64,000 bases of DNA from a virus. Position numbers and translations under genes: made by a program. Shown piece after piece: positions 1 through 9,377 of the stretch; positions within the stretch are counted from its first letter, which is position 1, and each line of letters opens with the position of its first letter. The notes beneath the pieces are model-generated. The model was not told the DNA's origin. It saw only the letters and a program-made list of their open reading frames with translations, and made no database searches. Location of the stretch: positions 9,784-73,783 of the IMG/VR virus record IMGVR_UViG_3300050138_000571. The stretch is one strand, 5' to 3'.

Positions 1-263
1 GTCTTGGGCTTGTAGATCGAGATGTACTTGCCCTGCATGGGCGAGACTTCGAACGCCAGGCGCTCGATGGTCCGGCCGCCGCCACTGAGCACGCCAATGA
101 GCGCCTTCTCCAGATTCTCGCCCTTGCTCAGCTCCGCACTCTTGGTGTCGATGCTGAACCTGACCGGCCTGCTATTCTTGACCGAAGGCGGGGCCGTCGA
201 CAGGAGCGGGAATCGCTTCGTAAGCGACGACTCGGACTTCTTGAAGAGATCGGTGGCGCTCAT
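1..263 (-). CDS. 5' part of a gene running off the window; possibly portal protein (by position only)
   Basis: Manual translation from ATG at 263 (MSATDLFKKSESSLTKRF...IERLAFEVSPMQGKYISIYKPK) is open to the window edge. Abuts the stop of the upstream gene and lies downstream of the terminase. Confidence 0.35.
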   Translation of the reverse strand, partial: MSATDLFKKSESSLTKRFPLLSTAPPSVKNSRPVRFSIDTKSAELSKGENLEKALIGVLSGGGRTIERLAFEVSPMQGKYISIYKPK

Positions 264-1247
264 TTATTCTGCCGAGACGACCGACACGTTGGCCGTGGCG
301 GACGAGCGGTTGATCAACGTCAGCTGCCAGACGGGGCCGAACTTCATTATCACGCCCGGGAAGCGGCAGTTTCCGGGCAGGAGCGGCGTGACCACGTTGG
401 ATACGTCGGTGCTCCCATTGAGCTGGACGATGATTTCCTGGTCGGTCTCGATCAGGAGGAACCGCTTTGCGGACGTATAGACGGCGACTCCGGCCGCGGT
501 GGGCTCGATCCCGGTTTGGTTCGCCAGCGGCAACAGGGCCTGGAACTCGATCCAGCCAGCGGTCACGGCCAGGATCTCGTACGAGGACAGCGCACTCGCG
601 GCGAAGCCCGCCGAAAGTCTCAGGGTGTCGCCGATCTGGGTCCCGGACGGCGAAAAAGCGAAAAAGGAGACGTCATCCGTGGGAGTTACGGTCTCGGAGG
701 TGGCCGAGAACGCCCCGGTGCCGCGGGTGAGCACCAGGATCGTGGAGGAGGCCGTGAGAACGGTCCACCAGCCCTCGTTGAGCGAGCTGAAGGGGCCGGC
801 CGGGTCTCCAGTCGACAGTCCGGGGATAAATACCTGGTCGCCACCAGCGATTGCCGAGAACGGGGAGCCCGACTGTGCGGTTAACGAGACGCTGAGGTTC
901 GCGTTCACCGTCACCACGACGCCGATGGTGTTCAAGGTGACGGCGCGGGCAGTGCGGAAGCCGGGGGCAGTGCCGCCAGTGGACGCTAGACGGTAGCGGT
1001 CGGCGGATAGCGAGCTGGAAGTGAGCGAAAAGACGGTCGTATTGTCGATCGTGAGGCTTCTCGTGCCGTTCAGGATCGTCTGGGTGGCGCCCGGGGGCAG
1101 CTCGACGGGCACGGTGCCGGCGTTCTCGAACGGCAGGTTCACCAGCGAGGACCCCCAATTGATTGGGGTTTTCTGAGGATTGCTGGTTCTCGCCGAGTCA
1201 CAGTAGGCGACGACCTTCATCGCGAGGGAGAGGTTAGAGCGAGACAT
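264..1247 (-). CDS. Probable virion structural protein, unknown function
   Basis: Thr/Ser/Gly-rich beta-type sequence. Start reassigned to ATG 1247 (MSRSNLSL), 10 nt from a CAATCAT motif. Confidence 0.5.
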   Translation of the reverse strand: MSRSNLSLAMKVVAYCDSARTSNPQKTPINWGSSLVNLPFENAGTVPVELPPGATQTILNGTRSLTIDNTTVFSLTSSSLSADRYRLASTGGTAPGFRTARAVTLNTIGVVVTVNANLSVSLTAQSGSPFSAIAGGDQVFIPGLSTGDPAGPFSSLNEGWWTVLTASSTILVLTRGTGAFSATSETVTPTDDVSFFAFSPSGTQIGDTLRLSAGFAASALSSYEILAVTAGWIEFQALLPLANQTGIEPTAAGVAVYTSAKRFLLIETDQEIIVQLNGSTDVSNVVTPLLPGNCRFPGVIMKFGPVWQLTLINRSSATANVSVVSAE

Positions 1248-1965
1248 CGTTACCGTATGATTGCGGGTCGGGGGCCACGAGTGGGTCCCACCTTCCGCCC
1301 TTCGAGATATTGTCCTCGCCCCACAAGGGTTGAAGGTTCTTGAAGTTGCACGCCTCAAGGAGCTGCTCTCGGTCGGTCAGGTCAAAGGAGACCAGAGGGC
1401 GCTTGTGGTCGACGTGCCAACCGTGGCGGCCGTAGTTGCTCCAGCTCATGACCTCTCCGGTCTCGGGACGCGGGTAGAACTTGGCTTCGAGCCAGACCCT
1501 CAGCTCGGGGATTGTGCAACCGAGATCTCGGACGGCGGAGCCCGATTTGAAGTTGCCGCGGACAGCCACGCTCAAACGCGAGCGAAGAGCTTGGCGAAGC
1601 CTGAAGTCTAGATCCTCCTTCCTGCGTCGCATGTTGTAACTCTTCTTCCAGGAGTTCGCGTGGGCGCGATTATTCTGTCTCCAAATCTTGGAGGAAGCCT
1701 TCTGCGGCTCCGGATTTGACGCGTATCGTTCACTTCGTGCCTTGACAAGGGCGTCGGAGTTGGTGGACTGATAACGCCTAACGGTTGCCTTTACACGCTC
1801 CGGATGCCTTCCCGCCGACTCTTTGGAATGCGTCTTTGCGCACCGTTTGCACCGAGGGTCTATTCCGTCAAGCCTGCTTGAATCTCGGTAGAAATCCGAA
1901 GCCAACTTCGGATCGCCACACTTGCAGCACGTTCGTGGAATGGACGCTACGCCTACAGGCTCCAC
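1234..1965 (-). CDS. HNH homing endonuclease with N-terminal Zn finger
   Basis: CCKC...CKRC N-terminus; C-terminal WHVDHKRP...NLQPLWGEDNISKGG HNH-type core. Confidence 0.8.
   Translation of the reverse strand: MEPVGVASIPRTCCKCGDPKLASDFYRDSSRLDGIDPRCKRCAKTHSKESAGRHPERVKATVRRYQSTNSDALVKARSERYASNPEPQKASSKIWRQNNRAHANSWKKSYNMRRRKEDLDFRLRQALRSRLSVAVRGNFKSGSAVRDLGCTIPELRVWLEAKFYPRPETGEVMSWSNYGRHGWHVDHKRPLVSFDLTDREQLLEACNFKNLQPLWGEDNISKGGRWDPLVAPDPQSYGNDVSL
1257..1263 (-). promoter_or_regulatory. Motif B (CAATCAT), candidate late promoter
   Basis: 10 nt before ATG 1247. Confidence 0.6.
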
Positions 1966-3878
1966 TTAAAATTGCCCTTCTTCCCAGACTGGCCGTCCGG
2001 GCCTCCGTCTACGATATTATTTTGTTCTTTCCATTTCTTGAACCAGTCCGCCGTATGCTTTTGGAAGTTCTCCAACGGGGTCAGCGGCACCGTTTTGACG
2101 TCGTTGGCCGGGGCCGAGACGCTGCGCTTGCTGGGCGGGAACTCGTTCATGACAAGGTAGCGGATGGCGTCGCACTCATCGTCGTCTTCCTCGTCCGGGG
2201 CATTGGTCGGATCCCCCTTCGAATCGATGGCCCAGTGGTACTGGGACATATTCTTGAAGAGCAGCTCGACTTCGGGGTCTCCGGCCAGAAAGTAGAGCAA
2301 CGGCTCTCCGATGGTCGGGCGAAGGCGCATGCAAACGATGTCGATGCCGCCGTTGACGGTGCCGGCCCCCTTGTCCCATTCCCTCATCCGGTACCCAGAC
2401 TTCTTGAACATCGCGATGAGGTCGGGGCGAGCAGTGTCCGGCCAGACCGACGGGTTGAACGATTTTATGTCCGCGTTGCAGCGGTGGATCATTGTGTCAG
2501 GGAGGAGATCGGGTGCGCTGATGCAACCGATGACGAAGGCTCGGGCGCCGTCGATTGCCGCCAATGGCACTGCAAAATTGTGCCTGAATCCGAAGTCCAT
2601 GCCGGCACTGAAGCGGAGGCCGCGGGCCTTCATCAGCGCGATCATCTCTGCTTTGGTCAGGGTCGGCCGGTACTCCTCACCCGTGATCTTCTGCATGATC
2701 TGGGCGGGGGTAAGCATGTGGATGCTGCGCTCCAGGTGCGGGTAGATGAGGCCTTCAGTCGAGGGCTTACGGCAGAGGAGCTGGGCGTTGGCGGTCGGGA
2801 TCGAAACCGTCTTGAACTGAGTCTGAGTGAACGGGATGGAGCGAAGCAGGTCTGACGTGGATTTTTGCTCGGTGGCGAGCAGGCCGCGGCAGGCAGCGAA
2901 CATCTTGCAGTTGGTCAAGCAGCCCGTGTAGCCCTCTTTCGCGACGAACTTCTTCTGGGCCTCCGGCGTCAGCTTGTCGTACTTCTCCTGTGAGAGCGCC
3001 ACCAGGTTCGGCTCGTCCAAGTAGATCGGCAGCTTCGGCAGGTCGGGGCGATGCCGTTCTTTCGGGCACGCCTCTGTCACATCGATCAGGTTCCAATGGC
3101 GGATGTAGAGGCGGCGCTCGCCTTCTTTGTCGAACTCGTTGTCGATCTCCTTTTGGACGAGCCCGAACGAGAACTTCCGACTGGACGTAAGCATCGAAAG
3201 TGGATTGACACCGGGTCGGTCGGCTGCCGGGATCATGAGAGATTCCTGGTACGCCGCGATATCGGTGATGACGTCCAACTCGTCAGTGCAAAGGTACGAA
3301 GCATGAAGGCCGTTGGCGCCCTTCATGTTGCAAATGACGACCTTGATGAAGTTGCGGACCTCGTTGTACGAGAGCTTCTCGGCCTCGGAGAGGGCGCTGT
3401 ATTCGGCCAGAGAAAGAGTCGTGCCGTCATTTCGGTCGATGTAGCGAAGGATAACGACGAGCCCCTTCGCGTCCCCCTCCACGAAGTCCTTGAAGGGAGG
3501 TTTTCCAAAGAAGCCTCTGGTGTAGCCGAGACTGATGAGGCTTTGGTTCTCGACCGCAGCCATGTGAGCGACGTTGCGGTTGAGGTGGAACACCATCAAC
3601 AGCTCCAGGATGGCGGCCGAGAGCGTCTTGAAGCATCCACGGGCCGCGTAGAACAGAGCCCGGCTAAACTCGGGGTCGTTGTCCCGTGCCTTACTGTAGA
3701 TCTCCCAGATCATGTCCATCGGACTGCTGTTCGAGTCCGGGTCCACGATGCAGTCGGGGATGTTCAGGCCCAGGAACAGGAGGATCCAGCGATGGAGTGC
3801 CTCCTTGGTGTCGCATGGGACCGCAAAGATCTTCCTCTTGATGGCCTCCCTTTGTTCGTCTACCGTCGGGTCGCTCAT
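1953..3878 (-). CDS. terL: Terminase large subunit
   Basis: Walker A-like AARGCFKT, Walker B LCTDELD, RNase H nuclease motifs SAGMDFG and EEDDDECDAIRYL. Confidence 0.85.
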   Translation of the reverse strand: MSDPTVDEQREAIKRKIFAVPCDTKEALHRWILLFLGLNIPDCIVDPDSNSSPMDMIWEIYSKARDNDPEFSRALFYAARGCFKTLSAAILELLMVFHLNRNVAHMAAVENQSLISLGYTRGFFGKPPFKDFVEGDAKGLVVILRYIDRNDGTTLSLAEYSALSEAEKLSYNEVRNFIKVVICNMKGANGLHASYLCTDELDVITDIAAYQESLMIPAADRPGVNPLSMLTSSRKFSFGLVQKEIDNEFDKEGERRLYIRHWNLIDVTEACPKERHRPDLPKLPIYLDEPNLVALSQEKYDKLTPEAQKKFVAKEGYTGCLTNCKMFAACRGLLATEQKSTSDLLRSIPFTQTQFKTVSIPTANAQLLCRKPSTEGLIYPHLERSIHMLTPAQIMQKITGEEYRPTLTKAEMIALMKARGLRFSAGMDFGFRHNFAVPLAAIDGARAFVIGCISAPDLLPDTMIHRCNADIKSFNPSVWPDTARPDLIAMFKKSGYRMREWDKGAGTVNGGIDIVCMRLRPTIGEPLLYFLAGDPEVELLFKNMSQYHWAIDSKGDPTNAPDEEDDDECDAIRYLVMNEFPPSKRSVSAPANDVKTVPLTPLENFQKHTADWFKKWKEQNNIVDGGPDGQSGKKGNFKWSL

Positions 3879-4522
3879 TTAGGCCCGCTCGACGGGGTCG
3901 GGGCCTCAGTCACGTCGATGATCTTCTCGCCCAGGAGCTGCCGAGCGATGGCGTCTGCGTCGGCCGAAGACATTGAGGTCACCGCCCCTGTCTGCGCCTG
4001 GACCACGTTCACTTTGCCACTGAACTCGATCCGCTTCTTGTCCTGCCCCGTCGTCTTCATGAGAAGCTCAACAAGCTCCTTCAACTCCTTGGCATTCTTC
4101 ACCAAGATCACGCCCTTCAGGTCTTCCTCGTTGCGGGTGAGCATGTATTTGTCGATCGCCTCTGACATTCGCATCTGATTCACAGTCAGGAGCTTGGAAA
4201 TGAAGTCGACCGTCTCCAGGGTCGTCTGGATGGCCCGATCCGGCACCGTCAGCTGCAGCATCTCTTGGTATTTCAAGACGCGAGCGTCCCAGCCATACTT
4301 GATCCGGCACGCAACGATCTGACCGAGGCTGTAGCCCTTGTTGATCTTCCGGATGTCCTCGCAAGTCTTCCCGGCAAGGAACATCTCGTACATCCTCTCT
4401 GCAGTGTCTTCGGCGATCTCCGCCGACTTCACTTTCAGGACGTACCGGTACGCCTCCATCTCTCGCTGGTCGAGCCCTTTCAGGGCGAGTGTCAGGGCAG
4501 TTTCGGCAGTGCTAGGCGACAT
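3875..4522 (-). CDS. Probable terminase small subunit
   Basis: Overlaps the terL start by 4 nt. HTH-like segment GKTCEDIRKINKGYSLGQIVACRIKYGWD followed by helical region. Confidence 0.5.
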   Translation of the reverse strand: MSPSTAETALTLALKGLDQREMEAYRYVLKVKSAEIAEDTAERMYEMFLAGKTCEDIRKINKGYSLGQIVACRIKYGWDARVLKYQEMLQLTVPDRAIQTTLETVDFISKLLTVNQMRMSEAIDKYMLTRNEEDLKGVILVKNAKELKELVELLMKTTGQDKKRIEFSGKVNVVQAQTGAVTSMSSADADAIARQLLGEKIIDVTEAPTPSSGPK

Positions 4523-4985
4523 TTTCCGCCTCCGCTTTCAGCCGGTCGATGATGGCCTGAACATTCGCACCCTTGCGTTTCTGGCCGGAGCGCGAGAACA
4601 TCTTTTCGCCGTTGATGATGATGGCGAAGTCGAAGTGCTTGCCCAAGATGTCCCCTATCGAGCGGTGCAGGGCGCGGTAGATCTTGTCGGAGTTCCTGGG
4701 GGCCTTGGCGTTGGTGAGGCCGCGGAACTCGATCCGGTTCTCGTCCTTGAACGTATCGGTGGTGCCGGCCCGACTACCGTCGTCGCTGCGGGTCGTCTCT
4801 ATGGACGGCAAAGCGACAGCGATCTCGACATCGTGGCAGTGGGGAAGGGCGAGCCGGCTCCAGTACTTCAGGTGCATGACCTGGAAGTCATTGATTCCGC
4901 CAAAGCTCTCCGTGAACATCCGCGCCTTCACCACCTGGTCGGCGACGGAGCTGACGGTCGGTTTCGGTTTTGCTTTAAATGCCAA
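4512..4985 (-). CDS. Hypothetical protein
   Basis: Fills the gap between coupled neighbours on the operon strand. Confidence 0.55.
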   Translation of the reverse strand: MAFKAKPKPTVSSVADQVVKARMFTESFGGINDFQVMHLKYWSRLALPHCHDVEIAVALPSIETTRSDDGSRAGTTDTFKDENRIEFRGLTNAKAPRNSDKIYRALHRSIGDILGKHFDFAIIINGEKMFSRSGQKRKGANVQAIIDRLKAEAENVA

Positions 4986-5943
4986 GACGCTCTCGGATCA
5001 TGGTTGCGAGCGTTTCCTTGGAGGTACCGTGACGGGGGTTGTATTTTCCCAAGAAGCTGCGGAGGGCGGCGGGAATTCCCTCGGACTCGCGGACTACGAC
5101 CTTTTTTGTATCCGTCTTGAAGGTCCGGATCTTTGCTCCCGGGATCTGGAGGGCCTCCTTCTGGGCCTGAACGAAGTCGGCAGGGCCACGGATGTCGATC
5201 CGCCAGTCGACGCTCGGGTCCGGGACGAGGTTGAAGGGGTTCTCGGGCGTGACCTCGGCGTAGCGGATCTGCCGGCAGACCTTGCCGGTGTCGAATGGGA
5301 CCTTCTCAACGACGTTCCCGTCGTCGTCGAACGTGTACAACCAGATGGCACGCTGTTCGTTGGCGTCGCTCAGGCTGCGCCAGCGGGGGGCGCCGATGTA
5401 CGTGACCTTGCCGAAGGCCGAGGGCTTGTGGATGTGCCCCGAAAGCACCTCCTCTTGGGGTAGGTCGGCTGGCTCGACGCCGTCGGGGGCATACATGCCG
5501 TTCTCGAACTGGGCCCCCATGAATGTTTCGTGGCAAACGACCATTCGGGTCGGGTCTGCCCTGCAGGCGGCTACGAAGGCGGCCTTGTCAGGGTAGTAGG
5601 GCAGGAAGAGGACGTTGCCGGTGACGGCCGGGCGGTCGATCACTGTGATCTGCTCCTCGTGCGCGGCCATGGCGTGGATGCTGTTCCCTTCCCCACTGAT
5701 ATCGTGGTTCCCGACCAGGGCGGAAACGGGCACGCCGGACGCTCTGAAGGCCTTAAACGAGGCCCGCCAGAAGTTCATGACCTCGGAGCGGATGATCTGG
5801 TGCGAGTGATACTGATCCCCGAGGAAAAACGCCTCGGCATTCTGCTCTTTGGCCGTCAGCAGGATGTAGTCGATCAGAGCCTGGCAGTCGGCAAGCTCTG
5901 CCGGCACGGCGTGAACGTCCCCAATGAATAGAAGTCGACGCAT
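4975..5943 (-). CDS. Mre11/SbcD/gp47-like calcineurin-fold nuclease
   Basis: FIGDVH, LGDQY, VGNHD, CHE, SGHIH motifs. Start reassigned to ATG 5943. Confidence 0.85.
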   Translation of the reverse strand: MRRLLFIGDVHAVPAELADCQALIDYILLTAKEQNAEAFFLGDQYHSHQIIRSEVMNFWRASFKAFRASGVPVSALVGNHDISGEGNSIHAMAAHEEQITVIDRPAVTGNVLFLPYYPDKAAFVAACRADPTRMVVCHETFMGAQFENGMYAPDGVEPADLPQEEVLSGHIHKPSAFGKVTYIGAPRWRSLSDANEQRAIWLYTFDDDGNVVEKVPFDTGKVCRQIRYAEVTPENPFNLVPDPSVDWRIDIRGPADFVQAQKEALQIPGAKIRTFKTDTKKVVVRESEGIPAALRSFLGKYNPRHGTSKETLATMIRERLGI

Positions 5944-5948
5944 GGGGC

Positions 5949-6296
5949 CTAGTGGTCGAACTTGCGGTGGATGTCGTCCGAAGTGCCGCCGAGCACCGCT
6001 TCCGTCGCCACCAGGAGCCGCTTCACGGCGACGATCTGCTCGGGAGGACACACACACACCTGCTTGCCGTCAACCTCGACCGCGGACTGCCCCCAGGTCT
6101 TCTGGCCCTCGCCGTTGACGAACACGGTGTCTCCGGGATAGATGTCTTTGCCGTTCCCGAAGATCACCGTCAATCCGACGAAGACGGTTTTGTGCTTGGC
6201 AGTGGCGAAACCCTTGCTTTCGATGGCCTCCACTCCTCTTCGCTCGAATGGCGTGCAAAGGACTTTGCCGTTGTAGCCGATCGTTGTGGACGTCAT
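5949..6296 (-). CDS. GroES-like co-chaperonin
   Basis: Pattern GKVLCTP...GLTVIFGNGKDIYPGDTVFV...VEVDGKQVCVCPPEQIVAV follows the GroES/Cpn10 layout (DRVLV, VG.G, GD.V, DG..Y, I.AV). Confidence 0.6.
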   Translation of the reverse strand: MTSTTIGYNGKVLCTPFERRGVEAIESKGFATAKHKTVFVGLTVIFGNGKDIYPGDTVFVNGEGQKTWGQSAVEVDGKQVCVCPPEQIVAVKRLLVATEAVLGGTSDDIHRKFDH

Positions 6297-6302
6297 ATCC
6301 GG

Positions 6303-6458
6303 CTACTTTCCTGACCGAAGAGCGCGTCGCCGGGCAATCTGCGCTTGGACATCGCTCCAGTCGAGCAGCTCGGCAGTGCCGGCGTCGACCTCGTCGCTGC
6401 GGCGCCCGATTTCGGACAACCATGCAGTCTCGATTTCCTGACTGTCGAATTTGTTCAT
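6303..6458 (-). CDS. 51-aa addiction-module (TIGR02574-like) antitoxin-type protein
   Basis: Not in the ORF track. Manual translation MNKFDSQEIETAWLSEIGRRSDEVDAGTAELLDWSDVQAQIARRRALRSGK resembles the family pattern AW..EI.RR..E...G......WE.V. Starts 8 nt from a CGTTCGCTATAG motif. Confidence 0.6.
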   Translation of the reverse strand: MNKFDSQEIETAWLSEIGRRSDEVDAGTAELLDWSDVQAQIARRRALRSGK

Positions 6459-6465
6459 GATCTCT

Positions 6466-6477
6466 CTATAGCGAACG
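6466..6477 (-). promoter_or_regulatory. Phage promoter motif A (CGTTCGCTATAG)
   Basis: Exact 12-mer, 8 nt before ATG 6458. Confidence 0.8.
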
Positions 6478-6507
6478 GGGACAATCGCTTCCGATCACTT
6501 AATTGGG

Positions 6508-8148
6508 CTACGACCCGCAGGATCCTGCTTTGAACCGGTCGCAAACATCGACCGATTCAACGAAGATCTGGCCCACGTGCTTCTCTGCGGTGGTGTACTT
6601 CACGGGACTCAGGGGTTGGCCGCCGCGGGCGCCGTCGGGATAACAGGTGATCCCACGCAGTTTCGGAAGATGGCGATAAAGCATCTCCCCAAAGCCACGG
6701 ACACCTTTGGAGTTGTTGTCGTCGGAGCCCCAAGCAGGCAGGTTGATGGTCGACGAGATTCCGTGGTCGACGTAACCTTGGACCCAGGCCTGGAACTGCA
6801 CGCGTCGATCGACCTCGATCGAGTACGCGTCCTCGATGGCGTCGGGATCCACTCCGGAATCGACCAGGCGCTTGGCGGTGGGGTCGAGGACATACTGATA
6901 CGTCATGTCGCTCTTCACCCAGTACCGGCGCTTATAGGCCACGCAGAAAATGGGTTCGATGCCGGTCGTCGTCTCGGCCACGATTCCGATGGTCCCAGTC
7001 GGCGCGATAGCGCGGACCTTTACTGGCTTGCTGAGTTCCCAGAGCTTTGAGAAGTGCTCCGAGGCCTCGTCGCTGACATCCCGGTAGACCTCCAGCCACT
7101 TTCCCAACTCCTCGTCTGGTCCGTACTTTTTGCCTCGCTTCAGTAGCCACTCGTGCATGCCCATGAGCCCGAGGCCAAGGCGGCGGTTCTTGGTGCGGAT
7201 CTGGTCGACCTTGCCGTACGGGACGTCGGAGTAGACGGTCCCAGCGATGAGGAAGCCGATGGCGTCCCAGACGATGGAGCGGAACTCCTCGATGGTCGCC
7301 ACGCGAGCCAGATTCACTGACCCGAGGTTGCAGATGTCCGAGTCGTCGCGGGACGTGATCTCGGTGCAGGCGTTGCGGAGGTCTTCGCCGTCGTCAGCGC
7401 CCACGTTGACGCTGAAGCCGGGTTCGCCCGTCGACAGCATCTGCTTGATGACCTCCCAATAGACCTTGTGCGCCAGCTCGTGGTTCTTGTTCTTTGGGTT
7501 GTCGTACGCCCTGAAGAATGCGGTGTCGAGGATGACGGAAATGTTCGTCATATCCATCGGCGCCGGAGCATTCATGTCCTTCAGCTTCGCGGCCTTGATC
7601 TCGTCCGACCAATCCTTGATGTGGATGAACTTGAATACGTCCAGGTGGTTCCAATGGAGGCCGGCCCAGACCGCGCCGCGGCGGTCGCCACCTTGTCGAA
7701 TGAAACGGCCAACCTCGTTCACGGATTGCATGAGGGCGATGGGGCCCGAGGAGATACCTCCCGTCTTCCGGATCGGGGCCCCCTCGGCACGGAGGTCGCT
7801 GTACACGCCGCCGATGCCGGCGCCGGTCATCAGGGCCATCATCGAGTTGTGAACGTGCTGAGCCCAGCCTTCGCGCGAATCCTGTGCGCGCATTAGCAGG
7901 CAGTTCTGAGTCTGATGAAACGGGCGGCCGGTAGCGTAGAGATAGCGCCCTCCCGGCATGAACGTCTTGGCCGCGATATGGCCCTCGACGGACCTTACCA
8001 GGGCCCTTGGGGCGTCCACCGACTTCAATACGTGGGTCGCGACTCGTCCCGATAGAGTCTCCCAGGTCTCCTTGTCTCCATCGCTCAACGTATGCGCATA
8101 CTTAGCGTTGAGGGTGGTCAGGGCGAACTTGGACATGTCACTCTTCAT
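6508..8148 (-). CDS. nrdJ: Class II (B12-dependent) ribonucleotide reductase, compact
   Basis: PGGRYL, NCLL, NACTEI, CNLGS, IAPTGT, ISSTINLP, YPDG motifs and a C-terminal Cys pair. No ATP cone and no beta subunit nearby. Confidence 0.85.
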   Translation of the reverse strand: MKSDMSKFALTTLNAKYAHTLSDGDKETWETLSGRVATHVLKSVDAPRALVRSVEGHIAAKTFMPGGRYLYATGRPFHQTQNCLLMRAQDSREGWAQHVHNSMMALMTGAGIGGVYSDLRAEGAPIRKTGGISSGPIALMQSVNEVGRFIRQGGDRRGAVWAGLHWNHLDVFKFIHIKDWSDEIKAAKLKDMNAPAPMDMTNISVILDTAFFRAYDNPKNKNHELAHKVYWEVIKQMLSTGEPGFSVNVGADDGEDLRNACTEITSRDDSDICNLGSVNLARVATIEEFRSIVWDAIGFLIAGTVYSDVPYGKVDQIRTKNRRLGLGLMGMHEWLLKRGKKYGPDEELGKWLEVYRDVSDEASEHFSKLWELSKPVKVRAIAPTGTIGIVAETTTGIEPIFCVAYKRRYWVKSDMTYQYVLDPTAKRLVDSGVDPDAIEDAYSIEVDRRVQFQAWVQGYVDHGISSTINLPAWGSDDNNSKGVRGFGEMLYRHLPKLRGITCYPDGARGGQPLSPVKYTTAEKHVGQIFVESVDVCDRFKAGSCGS

Positions 8149-8762
8149 TGGGTCCTTTGGGTGAACGCACGACCCATCAGGATGGCGTCTGCGATGTCGT
8201 TGTCTTTTTGAATCAGGGTCAGGCCGTAGAGATCGTTCGCCAACCGAACAGCTAGGTGTTTCTTGTTCACCTTGCCTTTGATGCCCAGGGCCTTCTTGTC
8301 GACTTTTCCTCCGGCAGCCTTGGCCGCCTTTGTCGCCTTCGAGAGCGCCGTATTGGCTTTCTTGTCCTCCTTGCTCATCCACATTCCGACCGCTTTGCGC
8401 CACTCAGACGTGTCCATGTACGTCATCGGGAGCCTGCCCTGGACACGCTTAAGGAAAGCGAAGTGGATGAACTCCAAGGCCCGCTGCGTGTTGCGGTTCT
8501 TACCCTTGTTGGTGTTCTCGGCAACGATCGCGTCCACTCCGCCCACCGAAGCGATCAGCTCGTCGATCTGGTCGACCACCTGCTCTGCGGCCGTGACGAT
8601 GTTGTAGGGGTATGCTGGCGATTTTTGGGGGTCCTTGTTCACGTTGAAGTCCGTGATCAAGACCTTTGGGAGCAACCCAGAACGTTCCAGCTTTCCGTCG
8701 ACAAACAACGCCCAACCAGTCGACGTGCTGATGTCCAAAGAGAGCACGCGCGAGAGACTCAT
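8145..8762 (-). CDS. RuvC-like Holliday junction resolvase
   Basis: LSLDISTSTGWA, IVAEN, EWRKAVG, DIADAILMG RNase H-fold catalytic pattern. Confidence 0.75.
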   Translation of the reverse strand: MSLSRVLSLDISTSTGWALFVDGKLERSGLLPKVLITDFNVNKDPQKSPAYPYNIVTAAEQVVDQIDELIASVGGVDAIVAENTNKGKNRNTQRALEFIHFAFLKRVQGRLPMTYMDTSEWRKAVGMWMSKEDKKANTALSKATKAAKAAGGKVDKKALGIKGKVNKKHLAVRLANDLYGLTLIQKDNDIADAILMGRAFTQRTQ

Positions 8763-8771
8763 CGTCCCCCG

Positions 8772-8778
8772 ATGATTG
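8772..8778 (-). promoter_or_regulatory. Motif B (CAATCAT)
   Basis: 10 nt before the RuvC-like ATG. Confidence 0.6.
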
Positions 8779-8782
8779 GTAG

Positions 8783-9043
8783 CTAGCCCTCCAGCTCGTG
8801 AATCTCGAAGTCGTCGCCCAAGGCGAGCGCGAACATCACGATCTTCGTGTTGTCATCGGGAGCCATCACCGCATCCAAGTGCCTCTTGATCCGATCGAAC
8901 TCCTTTACCGGGATGTCGTCCGACTTGAAAACCAAGAACAGCGTTCGCTTGTTCCCTGCCTCTACGGTGTACTGTTTTACGGAGTACCCCTCCACCGTGA
9001 CTTCGGTGGACGGGACCACGACGACGTTGACCTTCCTGCCCAT
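8783..9043 (-). CDS. Hypothetical protein
   Basis: Tightly packed in the minus-strand operon. Confidence 0.55.
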   Translation of the reverse strand: MGRKVNVVVVPSTEVTVEGYSVKQYTVEAGNKRTLFLVFKSDDIPVKEFDRIKRHLDAVMAPDDNTKIVMFALALGDDFEIHELEG

Positions 9044-9047
9044 GGCC

Positions 9048-9377
9048 TTAGAGCCCCTGCTCGCGCTCGGCCGCGTCCTGGTTCTCCTCGGCGACCGTGT
9101 CGGCGTCGAAAGATCCTGTGTCCTTGCCGGCGTCGGCCAGGGCCCGGTGGCAAAAGAGGACGCGAAGCTTGTTCATCTTCGTGCCTTCACGGTAGATGGC
9201 TCCGGCATCCTTGGCGGCCTCGCGTTTCTGAGCGAGGTCGAGGTCGGCGTCCTTGGCCTGGAGTAGCTCAACCTGATTGAGAGAGACCGTCGTGATGAGT
9301 GAGCGGATCTCGCCCTCGCCCATCTTGAAGACAGTGTCCTTGAAGTCGGAGTCGAGTGCTGCGAATGGGTCTTTCAT
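9048..9377 (-). CDS. Hypothetical helical protein
   Basis: First ORF after the motif at 9434; natural composition. Confidence 0.6.
   Translation of the reverse strand: MKDPFAALDSDFKDTVFKMGEGEIRSLITTVSLNQVELLQAKDADLDLAQKREAAKDAGAIYREGTKMNKLRVLFCHRALADAGKDTGSFDADTVAEENQDAAEREQGL

Noticed and set aside
1234-1965. Group I introns hosting the HNH genes
   Set aside because: Flanking genes appear complete, the HNH ORFs abut or overlap their neighbours, and there is no room for an intron core.
1785-4178. Long plus-strand ORFs 1785-2855 and 3051-4178 (also 23903-24994, 27630-28727, 34093-35124 and similar)
   Set aside because: Antisense shadows of well-supported genes in GC-rich DNA; no motifs, no promoter or RBS context.
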